DNA from: Balanoglossus misakiensis
Taxonomy: Eukaryota; Animalia; Hemichordata
Length of the DNA stretch: 64,000 bases
Assembly: GCA_040954595.2 (NCBI GenBank)
Contig: CM082590.2
Span: forward strand, 10,814,088-10,878,087
Reading direction: 5' to 3'
Shown here: positions 39,972 through 54,669 of the stretch, piece after piece
Numbering within the stretch: the stretch's first letter is position 1
Layout of the letters: each line of letters opens with the position of its first letter
Position numbers and translations under genes: made by a program
Notes under the pieces: model-generated
Databases searched by the model: none
Told to the model about the DNA's origin: nothing
What the model saw: only the letters and a program-made list of their open reading frames with translations

Positions 39972-42925
39972 ATGGCTGCCTTCCGCATCGCGACCCGGTT
40001 TGTACCGAAGGGCAAACTTTTGGCGAGGAATGTGACGGCAATCGTACGCCCATATTCGACTCAATCAGCCGCATCTCTGGCAGGTGAACCTTATGTCGAC
40101 ATAACCGATGAAGGGATTTTCAACGAAAGTCATTTACAACTACGCGATGCATTGAAAAAGGTGGGTTGACCATTTGACCTCTGTGGTGGTTGACCTATTT
40201 CATGTCTATTGCAGGTGACTGAAGGTCGAGTCGAACTTTACTATCTGCCAATAACATCATTCCGGACTTTGCATTTTTGATCCGACCCCATATGGGTGAT
40301 AAATGGAAATCGAAGATCACATGTTTACCTATTAAATCGATCCAAAATGTTGTGCAACAATTATCACAACACAATACATGTACCGGGTTGTTTATGGTGT
40401 GTGTGTGTGTGTGTGGGGGGGGGGGGGTCGTTTTTGTGATCTGTACTACAGAGAGTAGGGTATTAACACTTCAGTTTTAAGTTTTAAAAAAAGGCTGAAA
40501 TGATGAGCCTGCACATTTCACCCCCATTTACCTCTGATAAGCCCAACTTTATGATAGAAAACAATGGATTTGGACCAAACCATGGCGGAGAAAGGTTTGT
40601 GATGTTAAATTTAGGAGGTGCAGTATATGCGCAGAGGTGAAAAACATTGATCATTTTTTTTTTTTATTTGTAGTTAATAGAGAAAGAAATTAACCCCTAT
40701 GTTGATGAGTGGGAAGCAGCTCGTAGATTCCCTGCGCATGAAGTCTTCAAGAAACTTGGAGATGCTGGGTTTCTCGGAGTGACAAAACCAACAGGTATGA
40801 ACATTACTGATTTACATCTCCTCAATCCAATTTCAGACGCCAAAATATGAATCAGGGCTATAAAGATAACAATGATATTAGGGGTTGATCTCATATTTTA
40901 CCAAGTTTACCATCAGCTTGTCCATACAGTGTGGTACAAAAATCATAATTATGCTGAAATTAATCTTTCGTCCCTTTATTTAATCCAGAATACGGTGGAA
41001 TGGGTTTGGACTATTCCTATGGCATCGCTGTTGCAGAAGAAATGGGGAACATTAATTGTGGAGCGCTTCCAATGGCAATCGGGGTCCAGATTGATATGGC
41101 AACACCAGCTCTGGCATCGTACGTATTTCACCAATGCACAGTTCTAGCGTTTTTGCTTTTCTGTCTTCGAGATATGAAACATGAAGCTACAATCATGAAC
41201 AAGAAATGCAAAACCAGTGTTGTCTGTGCCATGACCAGAGTTGATTAATAAATACCTTTGTTCTGGCATAGGTTTGGTTCTGATGAGCTGAAACGAACAT
41301 TTCTGGAGCCTAGCATCCGAGGTGATATGGTCGCGTGTGTTGGTGTGAGTGAAGCTGGAGGTGGTTCTGATGTTGCCAGTGAGTGTTGTTGTTTTTATTT
41401 GTACAAGATCTGTGATGTCTAGATATTTTGTTTATCAGGCAAGACAAGAAAACAACCAGCCATATGATCACAAGCTGGTAGTGTTTATTTGCACATTCAT
41501 GTATGTGCTAGTTATCGTAGCAACAGTGTTTTCAGTACATGCTTGAAACGGACTCATCTACTCTAATGTCCCAAATTTTCAGGGTCATATTACTTTTTCA
41601 GTTTCTGTTTGCATCTCATGATAATGTCGACAGAATACCTCTGTATTAGACCAGTCTAGTATTTCACACAAAACAGGTGATGGGTAAAAAGGTATCATGA
41701 CAAATCTGAGTTGCAGACTGTATGGTAACCATGGATTATGGTAACCATGTCTTCATTTGTTCAGTTCTAATGTTATTCTCTCCCTAGGTATCAAGACGAA
41801 AGCTGTGCGAACAGGCGATGATTACATCATCAACGGAAGTAAAATGTGGATCACTAATGGCATGCAGGCAGATTGGATCTGTCTCTTGGCAAACACAAGT
41901 GATGGACCGATACATTTGAACAAATCTTTGTTCTGTGTTCCCATGAATTCAAAAGGTAATAGTAGTCTCTGTTTACCCAGACTGCACTGGTGGGCTCTTG
42001 TTCCACAGACAGTCTGCAGAAATCCCATAAAAAATCTCCCAGCAAAGATGGCTGACTCGGTACAAAACCGATGCATCTTGGGAGCGATTTATTCTAAGAT
42101 GACAACGTTCTCGTAAGCCTCAGGCCAGTGGTACAGTCTCGAAGGAAAATCTACTGAAACAAAAGATAGATTGATTGATATATTCCCCGGTATTATCTAG
42201 CATCTACGCAACAATACTGTAATGTATTCCACCGTATTTCAAGCCTTGGTTGTATTTCACTGTATTCTCAACTACTTCAGGTATCACAAGAGCACGAGAT
42301 ATCAAGAAGCTTGGTATGCATTCATCGGACACAGCTGAACTTTTCTTTGAAGACGTACGTATTCCTGCAAGTTATATGATCGGAGAGCCAGGCCAGGGAT
42401 TTACATATCAGATGATTCAGTTCCAAGTGGAGCGTATGTGGGCTGCAGCTGGAGGTAAGGAGGACCTCATTTAACTTTTATCCTACCAACTTGGTTGAAA
42501 CTGTTTGAAACTATGATTGTCTTGACACAGAAGTCTATAGACATAGGGGCCAAAGACTTTGTCAATTAATATTTATCTTACAGTTAAACCTGTCTAAATC
42601 AAATGCTGTCTGATCTGGAAACCTGTTTATACAGAAGATTGACATTGAACTAGAAATAATTTAGGAATACAATTCTTTGTCGTTGGCAGTTTTGGTTCCA
42701 ATACAGAAGATGATAAATGACACAATCAACTACACAAGAGAAAGGAAAGCGTTTGGGAGACCGATCTTGTCCAACCAAGTTGTTCACTTCAGATTGGCGG
42801 AGTTGGAAACAGAATTGGAATTGCTGAGGTCTTTGGTGTACAGAGCTACAGGTGAGTTGGGATGATGATGGTGGTTGGTGGTGGTATTGGTGATGATGAC
42901 GGTGATCATCCAGGTGACGATGATC

Positions 42926-42965
<40 letters not shown>

Positions 42966-43748
42966 AAATGGAATGCAACTGGAGTTTTATAAAATACAGA
43001 CTTTTATGTTTAAATTTCAGCCATGTATATGCAAGGCAAAGACATCACAAAACTTGCCTCCATGGCCAAATTGAAATGCGGACGGCTTGCCAGAGAAGCA
43101 ACAGACACCTGTCTTCAGTTCTGGGGAGGAATGGGTTACACAGAGGACGTACTTGTTAGCAGATTCTACAGGGATTTTAGGTGAGATTACGGGTCATCAG
43201 TTTACCTTTCACCCCCATTTTCATACCCTTTCACCCCCCTTACACTGTATAGAGGTCCAGCATTGCTATTGAGATCAACGGAGTTGACTCAAACCATGGT
43301 GAAGAAAAGGTTAAATACTGCATAATTCTTCAATTAAGCTCCCCCATGATTAATCACAAGACAGATTTTACTTTTGTCGATCATTCACACAGGAATCATT
43401 GAAACATTTCTGAACGTCTCAGGTCAAATACTGGCATAAGTTGTTATGTGTAAACATAGCCTTTCTGTCCATTCCATCTACATGTACATGTCCCTCAAAG
43501 CTCATGCTTCAAAATTCATTAGTTGATCTATAGAGTGCTATTGTACCTAACTTTATTTTGTATTGAAGATCAGCATGGCTACAGTACTATATGTATGAAA
43601 GGTAGTCATAATAATTTCTTTCTGATTAATTATTATAATGATTTCTTTCAGATTAATTTCAATTGGGGGCGGAGCTGACGAAGTGATGCTGTCAATCATC
43701 TCCAAGTATATGGGGACCCTGCCATCACCGCCGATGTTGAAGAAGTAA
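39972..43748 (+). CDS. Mitochondrial acyl-CoA dehydrogenase (acdh-6/AtuD-like), paralog 1
   Basis: Nine exons in frame: 39972-40160, 40674-40794, 40989-41118, 41272-41378, 41788-41955, 42281-42454, 42690-42851, 43021-43180, 43652-43748. Motifs [50 protein letters not shown] and GGADEVML; basic N-terminal transit peptide. Confidence 0.93.
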
Positions 43749-45094
43749 AGAAGCATCTCTATACAACAGCTATTGTAATAGAATACAAACCAGTCACCAG
43801 TATACATATATTGACTGACCATCATGTCTTGATATTGACCAGTCCCTAGCAGTGTGCCCTCTTAGCCCATATGATTGGCTACTGACTTTAATAACAAACT
43901 CACTAGTGACTCAAGAAAATTATCCACTCCACATGCACAAGTTTAGGGCTGACCCAGAGAAATATTTGGAAATCCTTAAATTGTTTCAAAGCTTTTAAAA
44001 ATGATGTTTGTTATAGAGGGCACACTGGTCACCAATATACATATAATGACAGGATTTAACCAATCACTGTGCAAGAAACATACGTGGCATTGATTAGACC
44101 AATCACAGTGCAGGAAACAGACATGTGTAACAATGTAAAGTGATATCTCTTCATGATACTATACGTTGTAAATAATTCTTCTGCTTGCTGATATGTAAAA
44201 AGGAGGAGTGGTTTCACAATTTTACTACGAGACATTTACTTTTGAAAAGCTGTAATATTTAGTATTACTTCTTGATGTTATAGAAAGAATATACCTAAAA
44301 ATCTGTTATATAACATTGATAATAACTGTCTATTGAATGCATGTAGACAATGTTGATCAATAAAAATGGGGAGCATATTTTCATAAAAGATTACTAGCCC
44401 AGCTCCAGTTTAATGTCAGTGTTAAAACCAAACAATTTGGGAAGCTTCAGGGCTTGTCAGAACACCACAGACTTGTACCCCGATCATAAATAACAACAAG
44501 CCCCTGAGCTTAAGCAGAACCTGTATGTGAATTATTTAAATCATTAAAATGGGATTACGGGTCACTCTATTTTGTAGTGAAGTGAAACGAAAACGATATG
44601 TAATTGAAAAAGTACTTGTTCTATTTATGTCACTAATACAATGCAACTGATGGTGATTATTGTGTTTGTGGGATCTTTACAAATATTCACTACCGGGAAA
44701 AAATATTGTGTGCTTGTTTCTACAAGTTTTTTGTTGAAAGGTTTATTGTTAGCTTTTGAAACAATGATTTTATGGCGTTTGTAGAAAGTTATTCGCACAG
44801 ATGGTATGCACTATACAATGCAATACAATAAAAGACAATAGAAATAGTTAACAGCCAGATATGTGCAATGTGATTTTTCACACATGAAATAAAAACCCAA
44901 CATGTAGAACCTCACAATTTCCTTTTTGTCTGTATTATTACTAGTTCAGTTCCCTTTTGGAGGACAACAAGAAATTGCCTTTGATACACAGAACAAAATT
45001 ACTTAAAGCTAAAAGTTACAGGTTTGATGTTCCTACCTCGGTTTCGAGGATGAGCTTGACTCCATGATGAAGTCGAGAGTTGTACATATCATCA

Positions 45095-45800
45095 GCCTCA
45101 CTCTCTCGTCCCTAATTCTTATCTTGGTGCAGTGGCCAGACATGGTCAAGACGGCTGGAGATAGGTCAGGATGCGGTGTGGTGGATGGTCAGCAGTGTCC
45201 TACATGTCTCACTGTGCCTTGGTTGCGCTTCACGACGCTTCACTGGGTCCGCTGTCTTGTCCGTTGAACTGATTGGTTTCTTCGGTACAGTCAGGCGGGT
45301 CCAGTCTTTGCATGCGTAGGTATAGACAAGCCCTACAGTTACCTCCTGTCTTGTGGCATGCAACACACGACAGTGGAGACTCGTGGTGGCTGGGACGCCT
45401 AACCCCATCACAGGTCGAGAGACCTGCCCACTGCCCCAAAAGTTACAGCTTTACAAAGTCTCTCTCTCACTGCCCTTTTTCCATTAATTATGTTTGATAC
45501 AAGACACTGTTTATGTTATTCTACATGTGGATATCTAGTGAATCAACGATCAACCACACACAACACATACCCTAAGATATGAGATTAAGAATCTGGCCAA
45601 AATGAATAAACGGTAGAAAACAATTATTTATTTCGGCGAGTTTTTCACTATATATTGGTGTCTGTAAGTGGGATGGAAGTTGTGTGTGGTCGAACATCGA
45701 TTCACTATATATCCACATCATGTAGAATAACATAAACAGTGTCTTGTATCAAATATAATTAATGGAAAAAGGGCAGTGAGAGAGAGACTTTGTCCTTTTA
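45095..45800. mobile_element. Dispersed repeat plus Kolobok-like MITE (second copy)
   Basis: Near-identical to 3075-3762; TIR-bounded part 45456-45800. Confidence 0.7.
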
Positions 45801-45916
45801 AACAGTAAATTTATGCAGCTCCGTAACTAATTACTTTAACCAGTGACATAATTCCCTTTAAACTAGGTGAGGTAATAGGCCATCTCCCCTGTCTCACCAT
45901 TACAAAGTGCAACAAC

Positions 45917-48900
45917 ATGGCAGCGTGTAGGATTGTACAGCTCACCACGAAGCATAGACTGCTGTCTGCGAGCTGTGTCAGAGTTGCTAGGCGACAGTCT
46001 AGTAGATTGTCTTCATCTCTGGCAGGGGAACCCTGTGTTGACATAACTGATGAAGGGATATTTACTGAGAGCCACCTACAACTACGTAGTGCATTGAATA
46101 AGGTAAGTCGTGTATTGTCTACTGACGGTACTATGAACTATGTCACATATATATTCTAAAGTTTAATCTGATTGTGAATGGATACTGTCAAACCTGTCTA
46201 CAGTGGCCAGTCAAGGGACTTTCCCAAATTGGACTTTATAGACAGGTCAATTAATGTACAAGTAAATTGCACAGGGACTGGTAAAAAATGGCCTATGCAC
46301 TGTATAGAGGCGTGGCCAAACCTGTGTTGGGAGCTCCCAACACAGGTTTGACTGTACATGTACAGCATGGGAGTGCCACAGTGGTACTGACTGATTGATG
46401 GGTTGACATTTCAGTAGCGATTACACTTTAAGAATTATTTGATATATATATATATAGAAGCCGTCAATAAATGATTGGAGGGAGTGCATTGTGCATGGTG
46501 GTGTAGAATACTGTGAAACAGTTAATTTTCACACGAGATTCATTTTCACTTTTGTACTCATTTTTCTGTAAATTAAAAATTCCAGTGACAATTCTTTATT
46601 TTCCCGTTCTTTACACATAAGTCCACAAGAAATAGTGAAAATAAAATCTTAGTGTTCCAAATTTTAGTTTTCAGCAAAAATAAATTCAATTGGAAATAAA
46701 GTGTTCCACAGCTTCGTAATTATAAAAAATTTGATTTTTCATTCAGTTAATAGAGAAAGAAATCAACCCCTATGTTGATGAGTGGGAAGCAGCTCGTAGA
46801 TTCCCTGCGCATGAAGTCTTCAAGAAACTTGGAGATGCTGGAATTCTCGGAGTGACAAAACCAACAGGTAGAGTATATTTTCCAATTGAAGATTTGAACC
46901 AACGTTTTCAAGTGAGTTTCAACTGACCACCAGAGTTGCATTCATTGTAAAAGGTTTTGTTGGCTTAAAAAATGATTTAGCATCATAAAAATGAATGAAC
47001 TTGAGCATAAAACATCAAAGACATATTTTTGTGTAATTCAAGATTCCTGAGGGCTGTCACTATGGGTATCTGCATGGAAGTGTGTTTGTAGGACATTGGG
47101 TAATGATTGAAAAAAAACTGTTTTGGGCTTGGTTTTTGCAGTTATTACATGTTGAGGAGAATATATATGATGTTTTGTTGCCTATTGATGTGAGATTTCC
47201 AAAAGTAATACATAAGTTGATAAATCAATATTAAATATCATAAGAGTGAAATCATTTTAATCTGCTTATTACAATACAGAACATGGTGGCCTGGGTTTAG
47301 ATTATTCCTACTCAATAGCAGTTGCTGAGGAACTTGGAAACATAAATTGTGGTGCAGTAGCGGTCGCAATTGGGGTGCAGACGGACATGGCAACACCATC
47401 TCTTTCAAGGTAAGAATATATAATTGCCTGTGTTTTAATTGTTGTTGTTGAAAATTTATGCAGTTAACATGCATGGACATGCACTCAAATACACTGAAAG
47501 CCAAAAGATTCAGCTATGATGGAGATTTAACAATGCAGTTTCTGTTGTTAAAGTGTTAAAGGGACAAAGTCTCTCTCTCGCTGCCCTTTTTTTTATTAAT
47601 TATGTTTGATAACAAGACACCATTTATGTTATTCTACATCAGGATTTTCTGTTTAATTATCGCGTTACTGTTTCTCACTGCTGTTACTTATAAACTCTGC
47701 CATTCACATTCACAAAGAGAATCTTGTTCTTTGTTTTTGACAGGTTTGGTTCTGACGAACTGAAGCGTTTATTTCTCAAGCCTAGCATTGAAGGTGACTT
47801 TGTGGCTTGTGTTGGCGTTAGTGAACCTGCAGGGGGATCGGATGTTGCCAGTAAGTATTTGGATAGCCGTAATTCTTGCTACGGATCAGTTCATAGTTTT
47901 TTATGATTGCTGTGCCAATTAACCGAAGTCATTATTGGACTGTGACCTAACTAACTCTCATTTGCTACAACCATGTCACGTACAGCTATAGGTGGAAAGT
48001 GTATTAGTTACATATTGACCTTACAGGAACCTAAATGATGATCAAGTTTCAGATATTTTACAGAATGCCCGTGTCTCTTCAATGGACGACAATGATGACT
48101 TTGAACTGCAAAGTTCTAAATATTGATTCTCTCCCTAGGTATCAAGACGAAAGCTGTGCGAACAGGCGATGATTACATCATCAACGGAAGTAAAATGTGG
48201 ATCACTAATGGCATGCAGGCAGATTGGATCTGTCTCTTGGCAAACACAAGTGATGGACCGATACATTTGAACAAATCTTTGTTCTGTGTTCCCATGAATT
48301 CAAAAGGTAATACATTACAAAACTGAGTATTGAATTGAATATTAAATATGGAATGACACGCATACAAAGACGCAATTATGAATCCTCTTCATTATTATTA
48401 TTATCTGTGTCAGGATTTATTTTCAAATCTTTTATTGACAGGTATCAACAGAGCCCGTGCAATAAGGAAACTGGGTTTGCATTCATCAGATACAGCTGAA
48501 ATTTTCTTTGATGATGTTCGAATTCCTGCCAGTTATATGATTGGAGAGGAAGGGCATGGATTTACATATCTGATGATGCAATTTCAAGAAGAGAGGATGT
48601 TTTTAACAGCTACAGGTAGATGAGACTATCAGGCTTTGTTTTTGAGGCAGCTAGATTATCAAAGTATGCTTGACGTCAAGCGTACCAGTAGACATGTATA
48701 TGCCTGCATGTACACAGTATTTAAATTTGCTCTACATGGCTTGGAGTGAGAATAATCAAAGACTTTTTGTGTGTTCATAAAAACAGCAAATTTTGCCAGA
48801 TAATAGACGATGTTTGAAAATGCTCATATGAAAGAGATTTCAGTTGGGTTAAGTAAATTTCAAATCGATGTCATAAGAACTTTAAACATGAAGTATATCT

Positions 48901-49170
48901 GATAAATTTTGTCTGGTTATATAGGTCTCATGCCAATTCAGAATACCATAGCAGATACCATCAACTACACAAGAGAAAGGAAAGCGTTCGGGAGACCGAT
49001 CTTGTCCAACCAAGTTGTTCACTTCAGATTGGCAGAGTTGGAAACAGAATTGGAATTGCTGAGGTCTTTGGTGTACAGAGCTACAGGTGAGTTGGGATGA
49101 TGATGGTGGTTGTTGGTGGTGGTTGTGGTGATGATGACGGTGATGGTGACGATGATGATGATCATGATGA

Positions 49171-49204
<34 letters not shown>

Positions 49205-49846
49205 GGTGGTGGTAGTGATGATGATGATGATTTAAATGGAATGCAACTGGAGTTTTATAAAATATAGACTTTTATGTTTAAATTTCAGCCATGTATATGC
49301 AAGGCAAAGACATCACAAAACTTGCCTCTATGGCGAAACTGAAATGTGGAAGGCTGATTAGGGAAGCCATGGATTCATGTCTTCAGTTCTGGGGAGGAAT
49401 GGGTTACACAGAGGACGTACTTGTTAGCAGATTCTACAGGGATTTTAGGTATGTTATTGAGTGTACACGATATATTTCTTTTAATAATAATGACACATGT
49501 ACTGATAGTCATATGACAGAATCTCATGGCTCAATAGTGCACGCACGGCGTACTGGGAGTATTTGCAATATTGAGTGATGAAGGTGCATTAATTCTTGCA
49601 CCTGTCATTGCACAAGCGCAGTACCAAGCAGCAAGAATTATAATTATAACCCAAAAATAATGGGTTTTGAACTGAACCATGGTGGAGAAAGGGTTTATGT
49701 CTACCGTATGCTTTTATATTCATGTATTTGTGTCTCGATCGTTTTCTTTCAGAGGTTTGTCAATCGCGGGTGGAGCTGACAAAGTCATGTTATCAATCAT
49801 CTCGAAGTACATGGGAACTTTACCGATGTCAACCAAGAAAAAATAA
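45917..49846 (+). CDS. Mitochondrial acyl-CoA dehydrogenase (acdh-6/AtuD-like), paralog 2
   Basis: Nine exons: 45917-46102, 46747-46867, 47280-47409, 47744-47850, 48139-48306, 48442-48615, 48925-49086, 49289-49448, 49753-49846. Internal exon lengths and phases are identical to paralog 1. Confidence 0.92.
46182..46356. mobile_element. Tc1/mariner-like MITE in ACAD paralog 2 intron 1
   Basis: Imperfect TIRs tactgtcaaacctgt...acaggtttgactgta. Confidence 0.5.
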
Positions 49847-50837
49847 AGCATGATTTCTTGATTCTCAATGCAACATTGCACACTTTGTACATGTGTGTGC
49901 GGTTTATCAGTATTAAATCAAGCACTGCATGGACAGTTAATTCTCATCCAGTAATGTATATGAGAATTAACTGATTATCAGTGTAGGACAACACCTTTTG
50001 ATGACACACACTTTGTACCTGCAGTATGTGTGTGATGTTCATCAATAAACTGATCAAGCATGCATTGGACAGGTTCTTATATTTTTTCCGTATATGAAGA
50101 AATGTTTATTTTCATTGGTGAATCATTTTTCATGCATGCATTTTCACCCCTTTATTGACCTGGTTAATACCTCCTACTATGCAATGTAAAAATTGTTATG
50201 GAACTTCTTTAGTTTGCTATGATCATACATAGACCTAATGTATTATAAACCCGCATTTTGGAAGCTTTCTACAACTCCAACTCGTGTTCAGGTTGATAGT
50301 ACTTGCAGTAATAGATGTGAGTGTCTTCACGACGTCTGTAGGAACAGAACTGAATATCTGAAGCCAGTGTCAGCTTTCCGGACGGATGCCAATACATTGC
50401 TTCGGAGAGTGGCTCGGGACATTCCTGAAGAATAGAATGCAGTTATAAAAGGACAATAGCTGTAATTAACTTTGGGCTTTATTTTCAGTTTTTTTGTTCT
50501 GTGTACTGAATGAAATTTCTTGCCGACTCTGCTCAAAACAGCATGCTATCGTACATGATTTCACTCTTATGGAAGAATTCATGTGAAAATGTCCATGTAT
50601 TATAATTAGTTGTAAATTTAGCCATGACAACTACATGATCATAATTTCAGTCAGTGAATAAAAACAACATAAATAACCTGTAAAAATAAACTAATTTCCA
50701 CAATAATGATAAAATTGAATGGCTTTGTTTCTTTTCACATACATAACAACTGCATATGCAACTTATACCAGGTTCACACAGGGTAAAATTTGAGACACTA
50801 TTTGCCTATCTAGTGACCCCGGTATATAATAGCAGTT

Positions 50838-51868
50838 TCAATTCAGACTTACATCCAAGTCAATGCATTCTTCCTTCACTCTATCATCAGTGTAGACCCT
50901 CACTGTACAATTTAAGCAACCTTGGACAGTTTCCTCTTTTGGTGATATCTTGGAACCCTATGAAAATGACAATGAAACGTCCATGATGATAATTTTCAAG
51001 TGAAAATAACAATACAATTACAGATGAAATGTAAAAGAAGAGCTTTGCAAGTCAGTTTGTGGATTCTATCAGTACAGTAAAACCTGTCTAATCCGGAAAT
51101 CTGTCTATACCGAACATATTTCCTGTCCCTTTGACAACCACATGTTGAAAGAACTTATATAAACCGGACACCTCTACAAAGCGAACAATTTCTTCAGTCC
51201 CTTTGGTGTTTAGTTTAGACAGGTCTTACTGTATTAATTATGGAGTGAATGAAAAAAAGGTATATGCCAAATGATTTAGTGGAAGTTTGCAATGTATACA
51301 GCCTGTCATAATGGAGGCTGTCCTTGAATGGTACCTGAGCCAGAACACTTTGCCAATTAACTGAACAGTTCGCCAACCTACCATGCCCACATAAAAACAC
51401 CAAACCATCAGAATCTGAACCCGCCAACCAAAATTACCACTCAACTCTTAACAAAGGATCAACCCATCCATTCAACAAAACAACCGGCCAAACAAAGTTT
51501 TGAGCAAAGTTTTTTTTTTAAATTATTACAATAATAAAACATTTTACCAGGCTTGTAATTGTATCCAACTTGTCAAGGGTGATGTCTACAACTCTGAAGG
51601 AATTAGTCGGTCCGATGAAACTACCAACAATCTTCAAATTGTTCATTGTTGCAACCGCGGTCTCGTTGTCCAGGATGTTGGGAAGGGCTGTTATCTCATC
51701 GATACATTCAACGCCGTGTGTTAAAATAATATCGTAGATGTCAGCTTCGTATCCCCGGACTTCAGCAGATGTACATATCCCTGGTTGGGAGTGAAATGGA
51801 TGTTCGATGTCGACATGGCGACAATTTACGACAGCCAGAAGGGCCATTACCACATACAGCACCCTCAT
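50838..51868 (-). CDS. Uncharacterised small secreted protein, 146 aa
   Basis: Exon 51868-51548 begins with a signal peptide (MRVLYVVMALLAVVNC) and ends at a phase-0 GT donor. Exon 50957-50838 (GSKISPKEETVQGCLNCTVRVYTDDRVKEECIDLDVSLN*) follows ttttcatag. There is an acceptor just upstream of the ATG, a likely UTR-exon donor near 52164 and AATAAA signals downstream. Confidence 0.65.
51073..51233. mobile_element. Tc1/mariner-like MITE
   Basis: TA-flanked TIRs tacagtaaaacctgtcta...tagacaggtcttactgta. Confidence 0.65.
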
Positions 51869-52789
51869 TGTGCAGTTACCTGTAAAATTCGAAATGATTT
51901 CTCAATATGTTACCCTTGAACTATTTTCGACAAATGCTCATGAAGAAATATGTGAGCATAAAAATATGATGCCAAACAATTATTTACATAAGGAAATTAC
52001 TAGGCCCGAGGAACAAGTAGAAAAATAGTAACGTACGTTGCACCACTGAGGTTTACTCTCCAAAAACAAACTTGCCATATGTGACCATGCAGATATGAGA
52101 TAATCATCAGGACAATATGAGCAATTTCAAATACGAGAAAATAAATGAGACCATTCTGCTCACCTCTTTACTGCAGCAATAGTTTTTAGCAAAAAATCCG
52201 ACAGCTTCTAACTTAACTGAAGCACGGATTTCTTTTGACGTGGGCAGACAACAACTGCACTATGAAAACTATATATTGATTCGCTTTTTAAACACCTTCC
52301 TTCTATGCACAGTTCACTTCAATCCACTGTGATGATAAATTAACTCGACATATCTATTTTTAATACAAGTTGAACACTATTTCATCTCATTTACATATCA
52401 GAAATGAAAAACCGCAGTTTTAATTTACTTGCAACGTACAGTACATGTACTGTAATTTAACAGCTTGTGTACCAGCGGTTGTGTTAAGGGCGGTACCCAG
52501 GTAAAATCTACCGGAGTTCCCCAGTCATTTTACCAGCCTAAGGGTTCCCCTGGGTGTTTCAATGTAGTTATATTAGGGAGTTATAGGAATGTTACCGGGG
52601 TTCCCAAATCCATTTATCACGTTTCCCAACCTTACCAAAAACACTGTGTATCATAATGCAGTATATTTATTAAGTAGTCCAAATTTTTTTTTTATTTGTA
52701 TCAATTAATGGCATTCATATAGGAAATGTTTAAACATTTAACATTTCTTTAACCTTCATTACTCGTTATAAATGCATGCATGGTTGAGT

Positions 52790-52930
52790 TGAACACACAT
52801 ACATACACACACACTGATACACATGTACATACAGATACATGTATATACCGCACACACACACACGCACACACATAAATAATGTTTGTGTATACATACACAT
52901 ATTGATAGATACACATATACACACATACTT
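52790..52930. repeat. Degenerate (CA/TA)n microsatellite
   Basis: Directly visible; it explains the spurious VCVY-type ORFs here. Confidence 0.85.
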
Positions 52931-54669
52931 TGCAAACAATAGCATACATATAAACACTTGTTTGAAAATTTTATTGGGACTAAAATCATCTTTCAATAAG
53001 GGCATTTAACTCAGAAATATCATAATAAAGCCACTATGAACGGACAACTTCACTCACAAGAGATACAGCAACATGAATACATATCAACATGCATTGTTTT
53101 GCATAGTTTTAAACCTTTTCTGTCGCTGCACTTTCTAGATAATATGCATTATTTTCCAATTCAAATATGGCGATTTTTGCTTAATATGCACCTAATTTGT
53201 TTTGGTTGCATAAGGTTGTCTTCAGTGAATAAAATGACTGTGTCATTGCTCATCATTTTCTGAGTGCTTTACTCATATACTGCACCCCAACTTCCCTAGA
53301 AAGGGGACAAGGGTCATTGTTGTTTGGCTCAGTCATCACGGCTGGAAATATCAAATGATTATCTGGGAAAATGTTGGCAAAGGACACTTAAGGTCTTGGT
53401 AACAACCCACCTTTTTTTTCTACTGGAGATTATCAATGAAAATTGTTTTGGCAAGATCCACTGTCATATATAGCAACATTCTTATACTGACTTTTCACGA
53501 AAATCAGTTTGGATGCTCTGCATACAAACCGTATGACGTCTCCATCCTGAAAATGCATGCAAGTTGAGAAACCACAGACATGCCACAACATCATTTATGT
53601 CCGCCATGTTGTTGTCTGATCATCTCACCCTTTGAACTCAAGATGGCTAATTTTTAAGACGTCTCAGATTTCAAAACATGTTGGCAATTCACATTACTTA
53701 AAAAGGCTAGGCCCTTGTCTTAGCAAGGTATGTGTCGAGCAAAAAAAAAAACAGATGTGAACGGGTCTGGCCGACCCTTGTCCAGATAATTTTGGTCCAA
53801 GTTGAATGGGGTGGTTTGTGGTCGACTCTGGTCCGACTCTGGTCTGGTGTGTGTGGACACGTTTTGTCCGACTCTGGTTCTAGTTGACACCTTTTACAAT
53901 TGACATAAACAGTGTAGTCTATCATTTGACATGGTGAAAATCGTATCAACAACCAGAAGAGGACCAACATGGTTCTGCTTTATAAGATCAAAGGTTGGCG
54001 AGACGACGTCGGCCAGGACTGTCCGAAACACAATGTGAACAGGGACTAAAGATTAGCTTATCTTGTCGTAATAATCAGGATTAGTTTTGCCCGGCCATGG
54101 GCCTAGACGTAAACCCAGCAATAGTTGCTAAACAAATACAATCTCTCATGTTACAACCTAAAAATAAACTGAAAATAAAAACTGGTGGACCCTGTCTAAT
54201 ACAGAGTTCACACACATATGCATTTGAAACGCTTCTGAAATGTCTCTGGTCAAATACTGGAAGAAATTATTATGTGTGAATGGTTTAAGTAGTCCTGGAA
54301 CATCTCAGATTTGAGACGGCTTGGCCGGCCAGACCAGAGCTGGTGTAAAGATTCCCCTTCTCCGCAACACATTGTCTTTGGGGGCCAAGTGTCAGGGTCT
54401 GTGCTTTAATTTTTTGTGTGTGGACACAAAGCGACTCTAAGAATTAATACTCTGTGTTTACAACTGGTTCTGAAACGCTTCAATTTTTACCAAGTGTGAA
54501 TGTGGTATGAAAAGAGATATTGAAGGACCCTGTCTAAGAAGAACATAAATAAGCCTCAAATACAACTGATCCGTGACTACCTAACACTCTTCTAAATTTT
54601 TGGAGTTGCATTTTATTTATTCGAAGTATAACAACTCTTTGACAATGATGGCATGTTCTCAGCACGTAT

